From a virus (taxonomy: Duplodnaviria; Caudoviricetes), in IMG/VR virus record IMGVR_UViG_3300033144_002182, positions 1-52,663 of that record: a stretch of 52,663 bases of DNA; one strand, given 5' to 3'. The notes under the pieces were generated by a model. The model was not told where the DNA came from. It did no database searches and saw nothing but the letters and a program-made list of their open reading frames with translations. Below, in pieces: positions 25,827 to 37,100 of this stretch (position 1 is its first letter; each line of letters opens with the position of its first letter). Made by a program: the position numbers and the translations under genes.

Positions 25827-28800
25827 TGGCACGTTCCTACCGAGTTGGCCCGGCTGTAATCCTGATTGCAGACAATCTCTCTGATCCTTCCTCAGAGTGG
25901 ACAGAACTCGCGTACATGAAAGAGGGAGTACGGGTAGGAAGATTCCATAGCCGAGCAGCACGGGGCCGTGTGGATCAATACGGGCCTGTGGCGACCGCCG
26001 AGGGGATAGCCTATGCACCAGCCCCAATCACCGTCTCCGCAAGCTGTACCGAACACGAAGCCCAGCGTATCGCCCTTCTCCTTCAAGGCGATTACACGAG
26101 CCAATGGGTTCGGGCGGCGGGGAATCTGATAACGGAGCCCGAAGAGTTTGACCACGCTAACTGGTCGAAAAACCAATGCTCTATTTCAGCCGACGTGCTT
26201 ATTGCCCCCGATGGAGTATTGCTGGCCGACAAACTAGCCCAGACATCCGGCATAGATCACTATATGCTGCATTCGTTCTCGATGGCTACCGGCGATCTTG
26301 TTGCCAGTTGCTTCGGGCGTTGGGTTGAAGGAAACAACGAATGGCTCGACATGAGCATTGCTGGCGACGGTGGCTCGAACGGATTCAAGGGCTGGTTTAA
26401 TATCCGAACGGGCAAGGTCGGGACGGCCACAACATTCGGTGCCGGATATTCGACCCCTACACTTTCGATAGAGCATTATGGAGAGGGCTGGTTTCGCTGC
26501 ATTATGCAAGGCGATATGACGGCCAATTCCAGTCCAGTTATTGTTCTTCGGACAACGGACGCCGATGCGGTAACCACTTCTCCTATCGGTGGCTCGATGT
26601 ATTTCTTCGGAGCCCACGTGAAGGCAGGAACGGTTACACCAGACTACTTCGTTGGCGATCAGTTACGTGAAGCCGTAGCCCTTCCGTCGAAAGTCAGAGC
26701 CAAGTCTATCAAGGCCATTGCCGTCGTTCCGTTTATGGAATATGAACTGGGGTCTAAATCGTGGGCCGGAGCGGAACACCCGCTCTTTATGAGTCACGCC
26801 TATATCACGATTCAGCAACTTCGCGTCAGCAACGTAATCGACGCGCAAGGCGATTTACATACGTACCAGATCGTAATTCGTCGTGCCATGAAAAACGACG
26901 ACTCTTCGATTGCAGGTTACGGCCAACCGTCAATGCTCGGCGTCGAAAGCCAGAGCATTCAATTCGATTGGAAACCTTTGTGGGACGGCATCGAACCCGC
27001 GATATGCGCGGGGCGTGACGTGGCAGTATTCAACCGTAATTTTTCGGGCCGTTATCACGATCAGTCTGGAATCGTTCGCAGCAAGGGCGATGATGTATTG
27101 AGGATTCACCAGTACGGTGTTCCGGTTGTGACTGCGGGGCATAATACCTGTATGCAATCCTCGATCTTCGACGATGCGGTATGGAATAAATACGAATGCT
27201 CCGTGGCAGGCGGGTATACAAGTCCTGTTGGCGGGTCTAATGGGTTCAAGATTACCGAGTCTGGCACCACGGACGCCCACGGCGTAGTAGACGGTATTTC
27301 GGGCCGCTATATGGCTGGCAAGTTAATGACGCACTCCTGCTACGCCAAAGCGGGCACCCGTAACCTTGTTTTTCTCCAATTCAATGATAATAGCAGCAAT
27401 TCAATAAATACATGGTTCGACCTTACCGCTGGCACCGTGTTGACAGAAGCGTCCGGCGGCGGAGTTACAGATCGTGCCTCTGGAATCGTGGATGTTGGAA
27501 ATGGCTGGTATCGAATCTGGCACCAATGCAGATACCCCAAAGACGCTGGCGTTGAGCAGTGGCACAAAGTCTATTTAACGGACACCGATGGCGTAATCTC
27601 CTACAATGGCGATGGCGTGTCCTATGCGTATATCGCCGGAATGCAAGTAGAAGAAAGCGGTGTTCTGGGGCCGTATGTGGATGTGCCTGATTCGTCGCCG
27701 CCGGTACTTATGGCCGAACCCACTTGGGTTGATGGTCAATGCGGGGCTCTCATGGAGCAAGGCAGGACAAATCTCTCCCTATGGAATATCACTCCGGGGG
27801 CTAACTCCAACTGGTCTACAACTACCTCTCGCGGCTCGTTTGATGTGGGCACAACGGGCGTAGCCATTGCCCCCGATGGAGCAATGGAAGGATCGAAACT
27901 CGTTGCAGATGCTACGGCGGCAGATACCCACGGATCGACACACAACAGAATTACCGCCACCGTTGCTGAGAAGTATTACACGTTCTCGATTTATGCTAAA
28001 CAAGCTGAAATCCGATACTTCGGGATCCGAATAAACAACGAGGCGGTGTCTGTAACCGAGGGGGCAGAAGCGATATTCGACTTAGAGCTTGGTATTGTCG
28101 AAAAATCTCGCGTGGTATGGGCTGGCGGTGGGTGTTCTCTTGTTCAAACGCAGATCGAAGAGTGCGCCTTTGGCTGGTATCGGTGCCAGATAACAATTCT
28201 CTTTTCTGCTACGTCGGACGCGGATTTGTTCACGGCATTATATCTGTATGACGGGCCTGAATATGCCGACATAAACTGGGACGGCGACTCAGAAAGCGGC
28301 CTGTTCTTGTGGGGCGCACAGGCCGAAGAGGGCTCCCCGGCAACCTCGATGATTACTACTGGCGCAAGCACCGTTCTCCGGAATAACGATATTATCCAGA
28401 TGGCTCACCAGTGGGCGTATTCAGCCGAGCAAGGCTTCACGCTCTTGGTCCAGATCCACCGTCTTTGGGAGGACTTAAACGTCGACCCCTCTGGATGGGT
28501 AATTGTGTACGGAGATTATCCGAATACCGCTGCGGGAGAGTGGGCGATAGCTATGACGTACAACTCTGACCGAAGGGCCGGTATCAATATGGAAGTCGAC
28601 GGGGCTGCTGCTATACAGTTAGTGGGCGGGATTAGGTACGAGGATATTGATGCCGTGAATCCACGCGACATTGAATTGATGGTGACCTTTGACGAGGACG
28701 AACCCGCGTGGCGCGGCCATGTTCAACACAAAGATGGAGAGCTTGCTTTTACAACGGCTGCACAAGAGTTAGAAGATGGCGACTTGCTTGCTCTCACGCC

Positions 28801-28912
28801 CGGCGGCTTCGGATTCCAGACCATTTCCAATCCCCCCTCGATTGTGATTAGGCAAATCATCGCCGTTAAAGGCGTTCTTACGTGGGATCAGATGCAAAAT
28901 CTGAAACGGTAG
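25826..28912 (+). CDS. Tail-tube paralogue carrying three inserted or appended GW(Y/F)R beta-sandwich modules
   Basis: MARSYRVGPA...ARGRVDQYGP matches gene 29023; three ~175-aa modules. Confidence 0.75.
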   Translation: MARSYRVGPAVILIADNLSDPSSEWTELAYMKEGVRVGRFHSRAARGRVDQYGPVATAEGIAYAPAPITVSASCTEHEAQRIALLLQGDYTSQWVRAAGNLITEPEEFDHANWSKNQCSISADVLIAPDGVLLADKLAQTSGIDHYMLHSFSMATGDLVASCFGRWVEGNNEWLDMSIAGDGGSNGFKGWFNIRTGKVGTATTFGAGYSTPTLSIEHYGEGWFRCIMQGDMTANSSPVIVLRTTDADAVTTSPIGGSMYFFGAHVKAGTVTPDYFVGDQLREAVALPSKVRAKSIKAIAVVPFMEYELGSKSWAGAEHPLFMSHAYITIQQLRVSNVIDAQGDLHTYQIVIRRAMKNDDSSIAGYGQPSMLGVESQSIQFDWKPLWDGIEPAICAGRDVAVFNRNFSGRYHDQSGIVRSKGDDVLRIHQYGVPVVTAGHNTCMQSSIFDDAVWNKYECSVAGGYTSPVGGSNGFKITESGTTDAHGVVDGISGRYMAGKLMTHSCYAKAGTRNLVFLQFNDNSSNSINTWFDLTAGTVLTEASGGGVTDRASGIVDVGNGWYRIWHQCRYPKDAGVEQWHKVYLTDTDGVISYNGDGVSYAYIAGMQVEESGVLGPYVDVPDSSPPVLMAEPTWVDGQCGALMEQGRTNLSLWNITPGANSNWSTTTSRGSFDVGTTGVAIAPDGAMEGSKLVADATAADTHGSTHNRITATVAEKYYTFSIYAKQAEIRYFGIRINNEAVSVTEGAEAIFDLELGIVEKSRVVWAGGGCSLVQTQIEECAFGWYRCQITILFSATSDADLFTALYLYDGPEYADINWDGDSESGLFLWGAQAEEGSPATSMITTGASTVLRNNDIIQMAHQWAYSAEQGFTLLVQIHRLWEDLNVDPSGWVIVYGDYPNTAAGEWAIAMTYNSDRRAGINMEVDGAAAIQLVGGIRYEDIDAVNPRDIELMVTFDEDEPAWRGHVQHKDGELAFTTAAQELEDGDLLALTPGGFGFQTISNPPSIVIRQIIAVKGVLTWDQMQNLKR

Positions 28913-29022
28913 CGACCCCGCTGATTCCTCGACTCAACCTCGTATCTTATTCGCAAGCGAGTCCACCCGCATGGATTCGTGTGACCAAGCACGACCCGCT
29001 TCATCAATAACGTGAAAATAAA

Positions 29023-29709
29023 ATGGCAAAAGTCTATCGAATAGGACCTGCTTACTGCTTTTGGGGTGACTTCCAAGACAGTACCGGGTCTTTTACCGAT
29101 GTGACCTTTCTTGGTCAAACACGTGGGGATGTGGTCGTGCGGCTGAATCCGCAGATTGCACGTGGGCGAGTTGACCAGTTTGGACCGATTCCGATGGCGG
29201 GAGCAATATGGCTAGGTGCTATGGCACCAGAAGTCGTACTGCCGCTCGTTGACGAGGATTACACCAAGCTCTCGAAAGTCATTCTCGGTTCAAGTGTAGT
29301 TACGAATGGGAGCCGCAAGGCACTCAAATTCCCATCCAAACCGCAGCAGTACACCAATGCAGAAATCGGTATGCTTGCGATCATCCCAGTACGGAATACT
29401 TACGCGAACTACGGTTCGGGCGAGAATCCGTGGGGCGATCCTGACGCATGGTATTTCTCCGGCGTTGTGCCTCGCGATATGGGTGATTTCGTGTATCAAG
29501 AAATTGCAGAATCCGACGATGCGTTCAATCCTCATACCGTGACCTTCATTGGCACACGGCGCGAGAATTGGGCAGACGGCTCTACCGCCGTTGTCGCTGG
29601 TCTGGAAATCGGCTGGCGTGGTTCGCCACGTGCTGCCGGACTTACTGAGGCTGACTTCCCGTTCGCGGCAGAAGGCATCACTAAGTTCAATGCCTTGATT
29701 GCGACCTAA
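29023..29709 (+). CDS. Major tail tube protein
   Basis: IGPA, LGQTRGDV, VDQFG motifs; position before chaperone and TMP. Confidence 0.75.
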   Translation: MAKVYRIGPAYCFWGDFQDSTGSFTDVTFLGQTRGDVVVRLNPQIARGRVDQFGPIPMAGAIWLGAMAPEVVLPLVDEDYTKLSKVILGSSVVTNGSRKALKFPSKPQQYTNAEIGMLAIIPVRNTYANYGSGENPWGDPDAWYFSGVVPRDMGDFVYQEIAESDDAFNPHTVTFIGTRRENWADGSTAVVAGLEIGWRGSPRAAGLTEADFPFAAEGITKFNALIAT

Positions 29710-30389
29710 TGCCTATCCGCGGACTTGATATTGTCCGTGCTGCATTACCGCGTCGAGTACCGTTCGGCGACCGGGTGCTTCAAGTGCCCCCGCCGACGGT
29801 GCAAGATGCGTTGGAAGTTCTGTATGGATTGCAGCACCGTGAAGATGAAACCGACGACGAGATTGTCCTAATGGCCCTCTCGCGTTGGCTTCCCGATACG
29901 GTGACTCACCACATTATGAGGCTACCGCTTTTGGATCGTCTTGAAGTCATACGCGATCTCGTACTGGACGGTGCGCCCGAGGCACCGCCATCGCCTCCGC
30001 CACGGCGCAAGCGTGACGCCGCTGGGAATTTCGTGGACGAAGAACCCGAAGAAAAAGAAAAACCCGCCGGTCGCCAGATTACATGGGCTGATCTATTTGT
30101 TTCCTACTGCCACGAATTCCGCTGCGACATTTGGGAATCGTATATCAAGCTACCCTTCCCGGTACTCGTGGCTGCATCCCCACAGATCGACACGCTTCGG
30201 GCTCTCGAAACCATGCGCCAGCTTGAAGTCGTGGCCTTCCCGAACCTGAAAAAGAAAGCCCGCCAGAAATACCAGGGTGCATTGTTGCGCCGGATTTATG
30301 GCGACTACCAAGAAATGCCGCAGATCAGCGAGAAGCAAAAAGCAAAGGAAATGGACGCACTTGAAGCAACACTATTTGGAGGGGGTTAA
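29709..30389 (+). CDS. Tail assembly chaperone
   Basis: Position between tube and TMP; two domains joined by a Pro/Glu linker. Confidence 0.6.
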   Translation: MPIRGLDIVRAALPRRVPFGDRVLQVPPPTVQDALEVLYGLQHREDETDDEIVLMALSRWLPDTVTHHIMRLPLLDRLEVIRDLVLDGAPEAPPSPPPRRKRDAAGNFVDEEPEEKEKPAGRQITWADLFVSYCHEFRCDIWESYIKLPFPVLVAASPQIDTLRALETMRQLEVVAFPNLKKKARQKYQGALLRRIYGDYQEMPQISEKQKAKEMDALEATLFGGG

Positions 30390-33300
30390 ATGTCCATTCG
30401 CACCGACGTAGACATTCGTATCGACAAGGCCAAGAAGCGACTTCAAGCCCTGACGGCGGAAACGAAGCGGCAATTCCGTAGACAGAGAACGGCGGTTACC
30501 GGCGAGACTCGCAAAATGGAGGGGGCATACAAACGAGCCTTCACCAATATGGGTATGTGGGCCAAGCGGTTTATTGGTGGCATGGCCGTAGCTGCTGTAT
30601 ACGCGCTAGGCCGAGCATTCGTCGGCACGATACGGTCAGCCGCCGCATTTGAAAAACAGATGGCCGAGGTAGCCACACTGGTTGATACGACAGTTGTGAG
30701 TATTGACCGATTGGCTGATGGGCTCAAACGTATTTCCAAAGAGGCCCCGGTTGCACTCGACGATTTAACACAGGCACTCTATCAGACTATCTCCGCTGGC
30801 ATCGACGCTGGCGATGCGCTGGAAGTTTTGGAGGTTGCAGCGAAAGCCGCCGTAGGCGGAGTTACCGATACCCGTACTGCCGTAGACGGCCTGACGAATA
30901 TCATCAACGGTTTCGGCATGGAGGCGTCCGACGCCACCCGGATCGCTGACCTAATGTTCGTTGCCGTCAAGCGTGGTAAAACCACCTTCGGCGAACTATC
31001 CACTTCTATTGGTCAGGTTGCAGCACAGGCCAATTCGTACAACGTCTCTCTCGAAGATGTATTGTCGGCCACGGCAGCGATCACGCTGACGGGGCTTACC
31101 ACGTCGGAAGCCATAACGCAAATCTCGGCGATCTTTACGGCTGCGGCACGTAAGGGCGCAGACTTCGCGAAAATCGGAATCGACATTACGGAGTCGCTCG
31201 GAACGAAGGGATTACAGCAAACCCTGATCGACGTAGCTGCTGCTGCTGAGAGAACCGACACGGAACTCGTCAAGTTATTCGGGCGCGTTGAAGGAGCGAA
31301 AGCCGTTGTAACACTGACCTCGGTTGCAGCCGACAAATTCTCGAGTATTCTTGACGACATGGGCGATGCTGCCGGGGCATCTCACGAGGCGTTTGTTAAA
31401 ATGATGGGTACGCTCACAAATATGTGGCAGGTGGTTAAGAATAAGCTGAACGTCGCAATGGAAGAGTTTGGATCCAAAATTCTGCCGGGGATCGTGACTA
31501 TGCTCGAACGTATCGACGATATGTTCACCCGCGCCGAGGATAATCCATATACAAAGCTCATCAAGCTGTTTTCTTCCGTCGGAATACCGATTACGCCTCA
31601 CTTAAAAATGGGTGAAGTTCGTTTTGAGTTACAAAAATCGTTCAACGAATTGACGAGAGAGATTGCTGAAACAGAAATCTTTCTTCCTACCGATGCGATC
31701 CGGTCCATTCTGGATAATCCGCTTGATCCGTTTAAGGCTATTGGCCCTGCGCTTACTCAGCCTCTCACTATGGGCATTGATGAGATCGACCGACTATTGC
31801 AGTCGCTCCGAGACTCTGCTATCATTGTTGGCATGGACTTCGAGCGGATAGCACAGAAGTTTCCCGAGGGCGTATCTGGACTCGATGCCATTGGGTTGTT
31901 TGGCACGAAAAAAGACGAATCCGAATATCTCCGACTACAAGAATTATTGATTGCGATTACGGACCAATCCGACGCGCTAGTAAACCTGAAAGCACAGCGG
32001 CAAGCATTAACAGAAGTCACAGCCGGACTAAACATGGAGGACGAAGAACTGCTCGAAAACCTCAAAAGTCTGGAATCTGTTGACATTCCCGAACCCGTTC
32101 TTCACCACGAGAAGTTTATTGATCCTGCGTCTCTCTTCGTCCCGAAGGCTTTGGGCCTAGATCCTGTGTCAGTGAAAGCCGCCGAGACGGCTATGGAAGC
32201 ACTCATGGCAAAAGTAGGCTCTACACTGGCGTTTACTGCCGTGAACATAGCTCGATTCAACGAAGAGGAGGCGGTTATTAAAATGCAATTCCGTGATGAA
32301 CCGGAGTTGATGGAGAAGGCGTTGGATAAGCTGCGTCAGCGTATAGCGAATACCGCCGAAAAGCTGGCTGCGGATTTTGAGGGATCACTAGACTTTCTTC
32401 CGCCGGAACAACGAGCCCGCGTCTTGGCATTTTATAACAAGCTGCGAGAAATGTCCGGGGATATGGAAGAGGACACCAAGAAGATCAAGGCCAGTTTCGC
32501 CGACATTGCTCGTTCTGCCCGAGCCCTTCTGAATCTGGGCGATGTATTCGGAGATATGTCGGATAGCGTTCGTCAACTCGCCACGGGGGTTATTGACGTA
32601 ATCGACAATCTTGGCGCATTGAAGGATGCACAAGAGGCGGGGGCGGGATTACTGGGCACGGCTGCACCGATTATTGGGATCGGTGCCGGGCTACTATCGG
32701 GTATCGGCAGCCTGCTTGGTGGCGGAAGCGATTTCGACAAGATGCAAGCCGAACAGCGCGAAGCCATTCAAGAAAACTCTAAGGCTCTCAGGGATAACGC
32801 AAGGGACATTTCTCGCGCAATAGACAGCTGGATTGCCAGTGCCCGTATCGGGCCGGGTGTTACTGGACAAACCTCCGACGAAGCAATAGCCGCTGCCTCC
32901 CGCCTTTCCGCCATAGGTATTGAGGATAGGGATTTGGCTGCGCAGGATCAGCTACTTCGGAATCTGGGGAGGCCCGTTGTGAATACGGCCCGCCGTGCGG
33001 AGTTGGCTGCGGAGGCGGACGCGCTATTCCAAGCACTGGAAGATACCGGCATCTCTGCATTTGGGGATCTCATGGACCTGTGGGGAAGCATCCTCATGGA
33101 CGAAAGCAATGTTCTTTTCGATGCTATCACACGGATATTTGCCGGTGACGACAATTTCGTGGGAATACAGGGCGTATTGGATCTTCTCGATACCGAGCTT
33201 GGTGGTTTTGGAGATACTGTTGCGGGGCAGATTGCCGAGGCCCAATTCGGTGCGACCTTTGGCGGCTTTTCGGAACAAGAAAAATTCGACCGCTTGCTTG

Positions 33301-34067
33301 AGGGGATGCTGAGTTTGGAGGGGATAAGTCCAAACCTGTTTAGTATGCTCGACATTCTCAGCGGGATAGAGGTCGAAACAAAAGAAGGTCAGGAGGCAAT
33401 CCAGAGTTTCAATGAGACTATCGGGCGATTCCTGCTCGACCCGGAAGAGTTCCTCGGAGCCCTCGGAGAATCCAAGTCGGGCATAGCTCCTGACAAGGCT
33501 TCTTTTCTCGGTGAATTAAGCAGCGAAGAAGTTGAGGCATTGCTGAGTTTCTTGCAGGGATTTCTCACGGGTGACTTTGACGGCGGTGCTGGCGGATCAA
33601 GCACCAGTGCCACTTTTGCCCGGTCGATTACTGAGGTTCAGGCTAATCTCATTGCGGCATTGATGCAGACCGACGTATTCCACAACGAGCGCACGGCCAA
33701 TGCAGCGGAAGCGATCCTTCGGACACTGGATCCAAATGCTGTTATAGGCCCAACGACTGGCGGACTGCCTCCGCCAAATATCCCGTCCGGCGACGGCGGT
33801 ATTCCAACTGGTGCGCCCGGTTCATCACTGGCTGATATTGACTGGCCGGGAGGCTATCCGGGGCCGATCCTCATTAACCCAGACGACGTGCCAGTTCCCG
33901 GCGGTTCTGGCGGAACGAACTCTGGCGACTTCAATGTTTACGTCGGCGGCGTCCTCGTGAACACCGGATTCACCCGAAAGGATATTATCGAGGAAACTAC
34001 CGAGGCTTTAATGCGAGAAATGGAGGACACGTTGGACTCACAAGACTCGCGTATATTCGGCCTGTAA
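30390..34067 (+). CDS. Tail tape measure protein
   Basis: FEKQMAEV.TL, ALYQ.ISAG, AVGG.TD, GKTTFGEL core; long Ala-rich helical sequence. Confidence 0.93.
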   Translation: MSIRTDVDIRIDKAKKRLQALTAETKRQFRRQRTAVTGETRKMEGAYKRAFTNMGMWAKRFIGGMAVAAVYALGRAFVGTIRSAAAFEKQMAEVATLVDTTVVSIDRLADGLKRISKEAPVALDDLTQALYQTISAGIDAGDALEVLEVAAKAAVGGVTDTRTAVDGLTNIINGFGMEASDATRIADLMFVAVKRGKTTFGELSTSIGQVAAQANSYNVSLEDVLSATAAITLTGLTTSEAITQISAIFTAAARKGADFAKIGIDITESLGTKGLQQTLIDVAAAAERTDTELVKLFGRVEGAKAVVTLTSVAADKFSSILDDMGDAAGASHEAFVKMMGTLTNMWQVVKNKLNVAMEEFGSKILPGIVTMLERIDDMFTRAEDNPYTKLIKLFSSVGIPITPHLKMGEVRFELQKSFNELTREIAETEIFLPTDAIRSILDNPLDPFKAIGPALTQPLTMGIDEIDRLLQSLRDSAIIVGMDFERIAQKFPEGVSGLDAIGLFGTKKDESEYLRLQELLIAITDQSDALVNLKAQRQALTEVTAGLNMEDEELLENLKSLESVDIPEPVLHHEKFIDPASLFVPKALGLDPVSVKAAETAMEALMAKVGSTLAFTAVNIARFNEEEAVIKMQFRDEPELMEKALDKLRQRIANTAEKLAADFEGSLDFLPPEQRARVLAFYNKLREMSGDMEEDTKKIKASFADIARSARALLNLGDVFGDMSDSVRQLATGVIDVIDNLGALKDAQEAGAGLLGTAAPIIGIGAGLLSGIGSLLGGGSDFDKMQAEQREAIQENSKALRDNARDISRAIDSWIASARIGPGVTGQTSDEAIAAASRLSAIGIEDRDLAAQDQLLRNLGRPVVNTARRAELAAEADALFQALEDTGISAFGDLMDLWGSILMDESNVLFDAITRIFAGDDNFVGIQGVLDLLDTELGGFGDTVAGQIAEAQFGATFGGFSEQEKFDRLLEGMLSLEGISPNLFSMLDILSGIEVETKEGQEAIQSFNETIGRFLLDPEEFLGALGESKSGIAPDKASFLGELSSEEVEALLSFLQGFLTGDFDGGAGGSSTSATFARSITEVQANLIAALMQTDVFHNERTANAAEAILRTLDPNAVIGPTTGGLPPPNIPSGDGGIPTGAPGSSLADIDWPGGYPGPILINPDDVPVPGGSGGTNSGDFNVYVGGVLVNTGFTRKDIIEETTEALMREMEDTLDSQDSRIFGL

Positions 34068-34143
34068 CGAACGATCGGTTTTTGAATAGTAGTGTAAGGG
34101 TATAAGACAGAGCGGCTCGTGACGGGTCAACGGTGCAGCGAAA

Positions 34144-37100
34144 ATGGCTAAGATCAATGCAGTAAAGTTATATGACTCAGACCGGATTTTGGTCGGTGAC
34201 CCCGGAGGGGTTTCGATCCTGTCATGTGTCAAGGGAAACATACTTCGCTCACAGAAAATGGGCGAAGCGGAAAGCCTGTCGATAACCTTCAATGCGTGGA
34301 CGGCTGCTGCCACTACCATTGAGGCTGACGGCAAAATGGCGATGCGTCGTCGTCGAATCATCCGTCTCGAATACGACGATGCCTCTTTCCGCGAATACCG
34401 CATTCGGGAATTCACTCGCGATGTGTCGGGCGATGCTGATGCGGTACTGAGGGGCGTTCATCTCCCGAACGAAGAACTACGTCGGCTCCACCCAAAACAA
34501 CACCTTACGGGCGGCTTCACACTTGTTCAGATGCGCCTCATTGGGCTATCTCCGCAAGTAGCTCTCGACGGTCTTTTTGGCGCGACGTGGAACGGCCCCT
34601 CACTCATTAAGGCTGGAACCGTGAATGGTTCGATTACCGTATCTGAGGTGAACCTGTTCACCGACGGCACCCAGTCTTTCGCAGACGTATTGAAGGATCT
34701 CGCTGTCCAGTGTGAAGGCGAAGTCGAACTCAATTATCATTCCGGCTCGGACAAGTACGTCGTAGACATATACCCACAGATCGGGCTCACCTCTGGCGAG
34801 CGTTCTGGCGGCATTGAGCCTGAGAACCGGCCTATTGAAATCGGTGATCTAACGGGCGTTCTGTCAGCGAATAACCGTATGAAAAACCGGCGTCGTTCTG
34901 ACAGCCGCTCGTACTTCTCACGGATCATGCCGCTCGGCGGTGGTGCAGACGACACCGTGACTATTGGCGCAGCCGAATGGACGGTTAACTCCGGTTCTTT
35001 CAATGTCGGTAGCGGGTACACCAAGCTGACGCTTTCCGATGATCCGGTCTATCTCGACGAAGGACAAACAGGCGAGTATTTCGGCAACGGCTCCGAAGGC
35101 TTTGCGCTGATTACGAAATCAACCAGCCCTGATCTGGTTTATGTCTCCGGTAACGAAACGGGTATCGTAGGACAGAAGGGGCTCTTCGCCGATAATTCTG
35201 GTGGCGACGAACTGGTACACATGAACAATCCCGCGGCTCTCGATGGGATATTCGAAAAGGTGCAGCGGTTCTCCAACGTAGGCCCGTTCAAGAACCATGT
35301 ACCCAACGCAGATATTTCGGACTGGTCTGCTGGGCTCCCGGTGAGTTGGTCGAAGATCGTCGGGCCCGAGACGGTCACCGAAAACACCGACGCCCGGTAC
35401 ACTCAGGTCGGAACCAAGAGCGCAAAGATTGTCTGCGGCACCGACGAGGGTTTGCAGGTTGGCATAACCGTCGATGCCGATTCTAATTCATACTGGTCGT
35501 GTTGGGTTTATCTCCGCGTTACGGCTGGCGGCGTGAAATTAGAGTTCCATGACTTCGATGGAATCATCGAGCCTGTCGAGGGAGAAGCCGGATCTACCGA
35601 CAACAATCTACTGGCTATCGTCATTCAGGGACTCGAACCGGCGAAAGGTGCGGGGGCCTTGAAGGTTATTGCTACCGAGCCCGGAACGACGTTCTATCTG
35701 GATGCGGCCACCATGACCAACTCCACGGCGGCCTACGAATTTGTGCCGCACATGGGGCCAACGGGTTTATGGCACGAAACCGCCCGGTTCATACGCGAGA
35801 AAGACGAATACGAGGATGCTTACGAAACGTCGTTTTTGGACGTGTCTTTCAATAACGGCTCGCTCCACGAAGTTGATATTGGCTCATGGGTACGCGTCAA
35901 GGACGTTCCGAATCAAGGCAGCGCATCACACGACATTCAATTCGATGCCCGCGTAATCGAGATTCGCAGTGAAGAGGATCATCATACCGGAGCCTTCAAG
36001 AAGGCGGTCAAAGTATCTCGACGAACGCGCAACTTCACGGATCGTTTTCGAGAGAGGTTACCACAGTACCCCGGAGCCTTTCAGGTAGGCGCAGACATTT
36101 CTCCGTCTAATAATCTTGACGTAGAATGGTTGGCGTTTCAGAGGGGCAGCGGCTCAGACGAATACGGCTATCTCCGAGGCATCCCCGGATATATTGGCGA
36201 GGTACTAGATGTGGAATTTCGTTCCGCCGAAGGAGCGAATGTTCTCTTCGCCGATTCGTGGGGCAACGTCACATACAACGCCGCCTCTGGCTGGTATCAG
36301 CAAGGCGTAAAGCTCCATGCCCGTCGAGACTCTGAATTGCAGATGCGATTCAACTGGGTTGACACGACCAAGAAATCAAATTTCGTAGCGCACCTGTTCG
36401 ACCACGACCTACTTCCTGAGCCGCCGTTCGTTTTGGATTGGTGGTGGAATACAGGTTCTGATCTCTGGGAGCTATTCGCGTCGATCACTCAGGACGAGGA
36501 TTCTCTGTCTACCCAGATATACCTCGACGCCGACGCCGCCGGTTCTCAGATTGTCAATCTGGACTCGTACCTCAAGCGGGTGAACCTCTCTCGCCTCATG
36601 GCCCCGGATGTCACGTGGTCTGCCGGCTCCTCTGACGTGGGCGTTGACGTGAGCGTGAAGGGTTGGTCTGAAACTGGGGCCACAGGAATCGAAGGCACGT
36701 ACAAACAAATCTCAACCAATGTCCCGAGGGAGATCGTAACGGGCAGTGCTACATTTCTGGAATACGAGAACTTCCAGTATGACAATGCTGGATCTATGAC
36801 GGGTCGCGTCGAGCTTCGCCCCGTTCCATATGCTCAGACCGATATGGGTAGCGCATTCTTCCGGTTTGCGCAGGGCTCGCACGTAGCTACCGCCGACGCA
36901 TGGACAGTGCTTGCTTGGGAAGCCGAAGGCGTAGGCACCGGCTGGACTGCCGAAGGTGTTCTGGATAACATTCGCCAAAGTCACCTTCAAACACGTGTCC
37001 TCTGGGCCGACGGATCTCGCGCCGAAGAGAAGCGGGATTTCATCCTCGACCCCGACCGGGTGCCCGAGCCGAAGTTTACGCTCGACTGGTACTGGAACGA

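Noticed and set aside
14471-29007. CATCAA in three late intergenic regions (14471, 18796, 29002) as a late-promoter motif
   Set aside because: A 6-mer with inconsistent spacing; cannot be told from chance by eye
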